From NCBI GenBank assembly GCA_037969075.1, contig JBBKWS010000124.1, forward strand, positions 1-22,667: 22,667 nt of DNA, written 5' to 3'. Positions 17,266 through 22,667 of the stretch are shown one piece after another (within the stretch, counting starts at the first letter, position 1; each line of letters begins with the position of its first letter). The notes under the pieces are model-generated. The model had not been told where the DNA came from, made no database searches, and saw only the letters and a list, made by a program, of their open reading frames with translations. A program made the translations under genes and the position numbers. This DNA comes from Bdellovibrionales bacterium (GTDB taxonomy: Bacteria > Bdellovibrionota > Bdellovibrionia > Bdellovibrionales > UBA840).

Positions 17266-17292
17266 CCAAGTTTTCCCGCTAAAATCCGATAT
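17266..17292 (+). promoter_or_regulatory. Putative sigma28 (FliA-type) promoter of the mlaE operon
   Basis: CCAAGTTT-N11-TCCGATAT versus TAAAGTTT-N11-GCCGATAA. It ends 7 nt before the ATG, with no RBS in between. Confidence 0.65.
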
Positions 17293-17299
17293 TTACTAC

Positions 17300-18106
17300 A
17301 TGAATATGGGTTTGTTATTAGAGTTGACTGGACGTAAATTTTTACGTTTCCTATTTAGTTATTATGAAACGAGTGTTTTTTTAAAAGACACTCTTCAGAT
17401 CTATTGGCGCGACAGACGCTTGGGCTCGAAATCCATATTTAAGGTTGTTGCCGAGCAAGTTTATTTTACAGGTTTTCAGGCGTTGCCAGTGGTATTCATT
17501 CTTGCTGTTTTTTGTAGTTTAGCAATAACTATGCAAGCAAAATTGCAGATGAATTTTTGGGGGGACTCAAATCTAACCGGCATGTTATTTGTGACTATCA
17601 TTTTACGAGAATTGTCGACGCTTCTACCTGCGATCTTATTAATTGCAAGGTCTGGGACTGCTGTTGCTAGTGAGCTTGCCTCAATGAAATTAAATAAAGA
17701 AGTAGATGCATTATGGTCAATGGGGATTCATCCGTATAGCTATATTGTTTTTCCTAGGCTTGCCGGTGGTGTTGTGAGTTTGCTGGCCCTATCAATTTAT
17801 TTTAATTTATTTGCTATTATTTTTGGCGCTGTATTTGCACTTTTGTTTATGGGGATGGACTTTAGCTTTTTTATGAATCAAATATTTTTTCAGATACGCA
17901 CAGGAGATATAAGTATATTTTTTATAAAAAACATACTTAGTGGGCTGATTATATTTTTAGTTTCTTCGCAGCAAGGTTTGAGTTTAAAAGTTAGCTCACA
18001 TGAAATTCCGCAAGTGACCATGACAGCTGTTATGAAGTGCATATCAATGGTGCTGTTCACTCATGCAATTTGCTCAATAGTATTTTATGCGGTGGTGTAT
18101 GGGTAG
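17300..18106 (+). CDS. mlaE: MlaE/YrbE-family ABC permease
   Basis: QVYFTGFQALP and RELSTLLPAILLIARSGTAVASELASMKLNKEVDALWSMGIHPYSYIVFPR. Several TM helices. Confidence 0.9.
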   Translation: MNMGLLLELTGRKFLRFLFSYYETSVFLKDTLQIYWRDRRLGSKSIFKVVAEQVYFTGFQALPVVFILAVFCSLAITMQAKLQMNFWGDSNLTGMLFVTIILRELSTLLPAILLIARSGTAVASELASMKLNKEVDALWSMGIHPYSYIVFPRLAGGVVSLLALSIYFNLFAIIFGAVFALLFMGMDFSFFMNQIFFQIRTGDISIFFIKNILSGLIIFLVSSQQGLSLKVSSHEIPQVTMTAVMKCISMVLFTHAICSIVFYAVVYG

Positions 18107-18680
18107 AAAACAGAAGAGTATCACTATAAATAATTGTGAGTTACCGGAAGCAGGATGGGTTATGTGGCGGGGTGAGGCTACTGCTATTGAACTTTTATTT
18201 AGGCAAGCATTACAACTTGAACCGTGTGACAACTTAAAAACACTAAACATCGACGGGGAGAAAAAAACTTTAAAGCTTGCTGCTATATTTGAATGGGGTG
18301 GTCTTTTAAGCAACAAAACTTTATTAGAAAATATATTACTTCCACAAGAATATGTAGGGAAATGCACAACTGAGTGTAAAGAAAAAGTATACAAATTGTT
18401 CTCTGATTTTAAATATGAAGATTTTTTAGATAAAAGACCTTTTTATGTGCCAAGAAATGTTCAAAAACTAAGTGGCATTGTAAGGGCATTTTTTCAAGAG
18501 CCGGATGTGATTTTTGCACAAAACTTAGTATTTGGATTAAATCAGAGAGATATAGGCCTTTTAAGATTATTTATGAAAGAATATCGCAACATGAATATTC
18601 ATTTTTCAGATACGGCAATGTATCCGGAAAATGAATTTGATGTAATTATTGATTATAAAAAATGGGAGAAGGCGGGATGA
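18099..18680 (+). CDS. Degenerate MlaF-like ABC ATPase (predicted pseudo-ATPase)
   Basis: Recognisable NBD remnants IFEWGGLLSNKTLLENILLP, DKRP and IVRAFFQEPDVIF. There is no GxxGxGK[ST], no LSGG at the signature position, no Walker B DE and no clear H-loop. Sits between mlaE and mlaD. ATG 18099 (GGTGG RBS) is preferred over 18087. Confidence 0.75.
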   Translation: MGRKQKSITINNCELPEAGWVMWRGEATAIELLFRQALQLEPCDNLKTLNIDGEKKTLKLAAIFEWGGLLSNKTLLENILLPQEYVGKCTTECKEKVYKLFSDFKYEDFLDKRPFYVPRNVQKLSGIVRAFFQEPDVIFAQNLVFGLNQRDIGLLRLFMKEYRNMNIHFSDTAMYPENEFDVIIDYKKWEKAG

Positions 18681-19669
18681 CTGTACGGTCTTATGAAAAA
18701 TTAGCAGGAGTGTTTGTTGTTGGTGCAGCTCTTGCCATATTTGTATTTACAATAAGTATAGGTATAGAACAGGGCTGGTTTGTTAAAAAACTAGAGTTTG
18801 TGGCTAATGTTCCACAAGTAGAGGGAGTGTACCCTGGTACAAGAGTGCAAATTGGAGGACTTCGAATCGGTAGGATTGACACAATAAAATTACAAGAAGA
18901 CGGGAGATTCTTAGTCTACTTTAAAATTTTCGAAAAATATTCAAAACATTTCACTAATAAAACTGAGATAGGTTTTATCAGGCCATATATTATTGGTGAA
19001 AGAGTTTTAGATGTAACCCCCGATGAAACAGGTGAGTTAATTGCAGATGGATCAGAGGTAAAATTTGTAGAGCACTTTGATATTTTGGATACTTTTAACG
19101 GTAAAAAAATAGGTCCTTATATGGAGAATATGCAAGCCCTACTTGAGAATGTAAGGTTTTTAGCAGAAGCGTTTGCAGATAGAAGACGGTCAGAAGATGT
19201 TGTAGAGATTTTTGATAATATGAAACCTCTGATTATTAATGCGAACAGAGCTACAAAGATGTTGGAAGAAATGGCGTCTCAAATGACGAATAAGAAAAAT
19301 TTAAAAAAATTAGTATCTAATTTGGCAGTTACTACAACTGCGATCAACACATCTATAACAGAGCTTGTGACATTCACAAAACAGCTTCCTGCGCTTGGAG
19401 AACATTCTACTGAGGTTATGAAAAACTTGACAGTTTTAACTCTACATATGAACGAGTTAGTACCTACAATTCAAGCTATAGCGCCTGAGCTACCATCTGC
19501 TAGTAAAAAAGCGCTAAGGGCATTAGAGGAAGCCTTGGTTGTTTTAAAGGCTATGCAAAAATCATTTGTGTTAAGTGGTAGTGTTGCCGAGGTTCGCGAA
19601 GAGGAAGAGAAAATTCGCGTCGAAGAAGAGAAGCGTAAAATAAGCTCTGAGAAGGAAAAAGATGAATAA
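18677..19669 (+). CDS. mlaD: MCE/MlaD-family protein with an extended C-terminal helical domain
   Basis: N-terminal TM helix, MCE motifs GVYPGTRVQIGGLRIGRI and IIGERVLDVTP, then ~190 aa of helical repeats. ATGA overlap with the upstream stop favours start 18677. Confidence 0.88.
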   Translation: MTVRSYEKLAGVFVVGAALAIFVFTISIGIEQGWFVKKLEFVANVPQVEGVYPGTRVQIGGLRIGRIDTIKLQEDGRFLVYFKIFEKYSKHFTNKTEIGFIRPYIIGERVLDVTPDETGELIADGSEVKFVEHFDILDTFNGKKIGPYMENMQALLENVRFLAEAFADRRRSEDVVEIFDNMKPLIINANRATKMLEEMASQMTNKKNLKKLVSNLAVTTTAINTSITELVTFTKQLPALGEHSTEVMKNLTVLTLHMNELVPTIQAIAPELPSASKKALRALEEALVVLKAMQKSFVLSGSVAEVREEEEKIRVEEEKRKISSEKEKDE

Positions 19670-20192
19670 AGCCTCTGGTCATATTTATTTCGATCCTAAA
19701 ACTTTAGGACGTAAAATGAAAGAGATCAGTGTAGATGTAATCCGCACTGAGAGACAGCATGTAACTAGCCGCTGGTTTCATGCTAATGATGCGGACTTGT
19801 TTGTATGGCAAGATGAAAATTCATATGTGATTAAGCAACAAGTTAGTTTTTCAGGATTAATTATTGAATGGAATGTTGTAGATGGCATGCGTACCGGGGT
19901 TTTGATAGAAGAAGAACAAGATGATAAACGCGGTATCCCAGGTAGTGAAATCATTCGCTTTGACGGTAAATTATCTCAAGGCTCAGTGAAGCAAGCGTTA
20001 GAGCTTGTTCATGCACTTGAAGCGATTGACCCAGGAGTTAAAAAAATACTTCTGCACAATTTTGAGTATTCTCCGTCACTTGACACAATGAGTAGTCAGG
20101 AAATATTCAAGCGTTATGACTATTTAAAAGGCGTAAAACCAAAAAGTTTTTGGCAAAAGATTAAATCATTCTTTATTAAGAAATCCGCTTGA
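19662..20192 (+). CDS. Hypothetical protein, coupled to mlaD
   Basis: 176-aa ORF overlapping the mlaD stop (ATGAATAA). No family recognised. C-terminal amphipathic KSFWQKIKSFF. Confidence 0.8.
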   Translation: MNKASGHIYFDPKTLGRKMKEISVDVIRTERQHVTSRWFHANDADLFVWQDENSYVIKQQVSFSGLIIEWNVVDGMRTGVLIEEEQDDKRGIPGSEIIRFDGKLSQGSVKQALELVHALEAIDPGVKKILLHNFEYSPSLDTMSSQEIFKRYDYLKGVKPKSFWQKIKSFFIKKSA

Positions 20193-20224
20193 GATTTTTG
20201 TCTTATCTATAGCATACTGACTTC

Positions 20225-21451
20225 ATGAGTTGGTATTTTCTAAAGCACTTTGTGTTTTCAAAAAGGGCAGGTAGTTTAATCCGTAGTATTGCGATTATGT
20301 GTGTGCTTGGCGTGTTTGTTTCTGTGTTCGCCACGATTTTAGTAGTATCAATCATGCTTGGTTTTAACGATTCAATACATAAAAGAACGTTAGCACTTGA
20401 GCCTCATTTTGAAATTGAGCAACCGCAAAAGAAAAAAGAAGATCGACTAGCTGAGCAGCAAGAGATCTACGGTTTGCTTGGGACTAAGTTTCCCATGCAA
20501 TTATATTCATCTGAATCACAAGATTTATTACTAAGAACCATTGATGGCTTATTCTCAGGCGTACAGGCAACTGGGGTAGAGGCTAATGAGTGGTCATGGA
20601 TTTGGTCGCAGGTTAAGAGTAAGAATTCGATGCAGTTGGACTTTGATTTAAAACCAGGGGAGATTGCTGTTGGGGTAGATTTAGCCCGAGAATTAGCAAT
20701 CTATGAAGGCGATGAAGTAGTGCTAATACCTCCTGATCAAGTTATCAGTTTTGGTCTAGAAAAGCCCGTCTATGAGAAAGTAAGAGTTGGTAAAGTCCTT
20801 CGTACTGATGTTCCTGAAGTGGATTCAAAGGCCATTTTTTATGATAGTTTTTTGACTTTAAATCGTTTTCGAAATTTAGAAAGCACTCGTCACTACTTGT
20901 CTGTTCGAATAGATAAAAATTCAGACTTCGATGCCGTGTCGCAAGAACTGCAAGGTCTTAAATTAAAATTCAGTACATGGAAAGAAAAAAATAAAGCGCT
21001 ACTTTTTGCCTTGAATATGGAAAAAATGGCAATGGGAAGTTTTTTATTTTTTACTGTTATGATCGCAAGCTTTTCAATTTTTACGGTACTATCCTTACTG
21101 ATTAGCCAAAAGAAAAAAGATATAGGTGTGTTGTTAACACTGGGTTATAGCCGTAAGCGGGTAGGATGGACATTTACGCAAATGGGTTTACTGCTTGCGA
21201 CTATCGGAAGTGTTTTAGGAGCTGTTAGCGCTATTGGTGTTGGATTGATATTAAAAAACTATGGGCTTTTAAACTTGCCTGCAGATATTTACTATGACCA
21301 TCAGGTGCCTGTTAGATTGGATGCGTATTTAATACTAATAGTAGTTGTAATATCAATTTTGTTAGCATTTTTGGGGTCGTGGATTCCTTCTCGTTGGAGT
21401 GCCAGCGAAGATGTTGTATCACTTTTGCGAGATCGCACAGCCTCATCTTAG
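20225..21451 (+). CDS. LolC/LolE-family lipoprotein-releasing ABC permease
   Basis: SIMLGF..I..R.L...PH, a large periplasmic domain, MEK, QKKKDIGVLLTLG and LPADIYY. MacB/FtsX-type 4-TM topology. Confidence 0.88.
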   Translation: MSWYFLKHFVFSKRAGSLIRSIAIMCVLGVFVSVFATILVVSIMLGFNDSIHKRTLALEPHFEIEQPQKKKEDRLAEQQEIYGLLGTKFPMQLYSSESQDLLLRTIDGLFSGVQATGVEANEWSWIWSQVKSKNSMQLDFDLKPGEIAVGVDLARELAIYEGDEVVLIPPDQVISFGLEKPVYEKVRVGKVLRTDVPEVDSKAIFYDSFLTLNRFRNLESTRHYLSVRIDKNSDFDAVSQELQGLKLKFSTWKEKNKALLFALNMEKMAMGSFLFFTVMIASFSIFTVLSLLISQKKKDIGVLLTLGYSRKRVGWTFTQMGLLLATIGSVLGAVSAIGVGLILKNYGLLNLPADIYYDHQVPVRLDAYLILIVVVISILLAFLGSWIPSRWSASEDVVSLLRDRTASS

Positions 21452-21489
21452 TGGTTGCTTATAATGATTATGTCAGGTAGCAAATTAGT

Positions 21490-22146
21490 ATGAATGTAAG
21501 TATGTTAGGCACAAGCCATTTAGGATTACCCATATTGTCCTATGTCGTAGGACAAGGTGAAAAGCATATATTAATTATTGGTGGAGTGCACGGGGACGAG
21601 ATCGAAGGTACTGCATTTGCGTTTGCCTTGTTAGAGAAGTGTAGATCAAATCCTGTCAAAGGCCTAAAAATCTCTTTTATTCCAATGTTCAATGTGGATG
21701 GGGTTTTACTTAAAACAAGAGTAAATGCAAGGGGAGTAGATTTAAATCGAAATCTTCCAACAACTGATTGGAAGAAAGAGGCTTTTAATCCAAGATACCC
21801 TCCGGGTGAGTTTGCCAATAGTGAAAACGAGAATAAAGCTTTAACATCTTTTGTATCATCTCAAAAGATCGACTTTATTTTTTCTTTTCATTCATTTTCA
21901 AAATACCTGTTAAATGTAAACGGAGATTGCGAGCCGATTGCAAGTTTTATCCAACAAAAAACCGGTTATCCTGTAGAGACAAGTATGGGTTACCCTACAC
22001 CTGGATGTTTGGGTACATATACGGGGATTGAAAAAGGTATTCCAACGATTACATATGAATTAGAAAGAGGTAAGCCTATACCTGACTTATTGAATCAACA
22101 TCTTGATGCAGTTTACAAATCTTTTACATTGTTATTGGAGACATAA
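21490..22146 (+). CDS. M14 zinc carboxypeptidase, MpaA (murein tripeptide amidase)-like
   Basis: GVHGDE, NVDG, NARGVDLNRN, SFHS, GYPTPG and ITYEL. No signal peptide. Confidence 0.82.
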   Translation: MNVSMLGTSHLGLPILSYVVGQGEKHILIIGGVHGDEIEGTAFAFALLEKCRSNPVKGLKISFIPMFNVDGVLLKTRVNARGVDLNRNLPTTDWKKEAFNPRYPPGEFANSENENKALTSFVSSQKIDFIFSFHSFSKYLLNVNGDCEPIASFIQQKTGYPVETSMGYPTPGCLGTYTGIEKGIPTITYELERGKPIPDLLNQHLDAVYKSFTLLLET

Positions 22147-22667
22147 ATGAAAGAAATTATACACGAAGCCTTCGAAGGTAAAAAAGACTTACAAGATAAA
22201 ACAGTTATAGATGCCATTTTACAAACGATTAACTTGTTAGATGAAGGTAAGATTAGAGTTTGTGAATATATCGAGACTAAGTGGGTCACCCATTCTTGGA
22301 TAAAAGAGGCGATTTTATTGTATTTTAGAATTCAAAAAATGTCTGTCATTCAAGCCGGAGATTTACAGTTTTATGATAAAGTTCCATTGAAAAAATTCAC
22401 TGAAAAAGAAGGTGTACGAGTTGTCCCGAGTGCCCTAGTTAGACAAGGAGCGTTTGTTGAAAGAGGGGCTATTCTTATGCCATCTTATGTAAATATTGGC
22501 GCCTATGTCGGTAGTGGCACAATGGTAGATACTTGGGCCACAGTTGGATCTTGTGCGCAAATTGGTTCTAATGTTCATTTGTCTGGTGGAGTTGGGATTG
22601 GTGGAGTTTTAGAGCCAGTGCAAGCTTCTCCTGTTATTATTGAAAACGATGTTTTTGTTGGTAGTCG
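22147..22667 (+). CDS. dapD: Tetrahydrodipicolinate N-succinyltransferase DapD (3'-truncated by the window edge; absent from the ORF track)
   Basis: Manual translation gives [11 protein letters not shown]...[11 protein letters not shown]...YDKVPLK...[14 protein letters not shown]...[47 protein letters not shown]. Confidence 0.96.
   Translation, partial: MKEIIHEAFEGKKDLQDKTVIDAILQTINLLDEGKIRVCEYIETKWVTHSWIKEAILLYFRIQKMSVIQAGDLQFYDKVPLKKFTEKEGVRVVPSALVRQGAFVERGAILMPSYVNIGAYVGSGTMVDTWATVGSCAQIGSNVHLSGGVGIGGVLEPVQASPVIIENDVFVGS

Noticed and set aside
18099..18250. Frameshift hiding a Walker A motif in another frame
   Set aside because: Both other + frames hit stops early and show no GxxGxGK[ST]. 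The downstream motifs are also degenerate in frame.
391..21818. Short alternative-frame and antisense ORFs in the track (e.g. 391-606, 1977-2486, 5787-6056, 7989-8390, 12705-13070, 18074-18394, 21540-21818)
   Set aside because: They overlap well-supported genes, mostly as antisense shadows, and show no recognisable motifs.

Overview
An AT-rich bacterial chromosomal segment, almost entirely coded on the + strand. Gene order and protein style suggest Bdellovibrionota or a related delta-type lineage (inference). From left to right: (1) the 3' part of a Cys/Pro-rich repeat protein ending in a poly-Gly-linked Hint (intein-like, BIL-type) domain; (2) an AbgT-family transporter converging on tRNA-Leu(CAA); (3) an outer-membrane beta-barrel gene behind a strong sigma54 + IHF promoter signature; (4) a SurA-N-like gene and a RimI-like GNAT; (5) the core rimP-nusA-infB-rbfA-truB-rpsO-pnp-M16 peptidase cluster with a rimP-leader attenuator; (6) a histidine phosphatase, RidA and YdcF/DUF218; (7) an MlaE / degenerate ABC-ATPase / long MCE (MlaD) / hypothetical operon behind a sigma28-like, probably leaderless promoter; (8) LolC/E, an MpaA-like M14 peptidase and the 5' part of dapD. 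No CRISPR array, transposase, integrase or rRNA was seen. The two most interesting items are the poly-Gly-Cys Hint protein and the Mla/MCE system whose ATPase has lost every catalytic motif while staying an intact, translationally coupled ORF.
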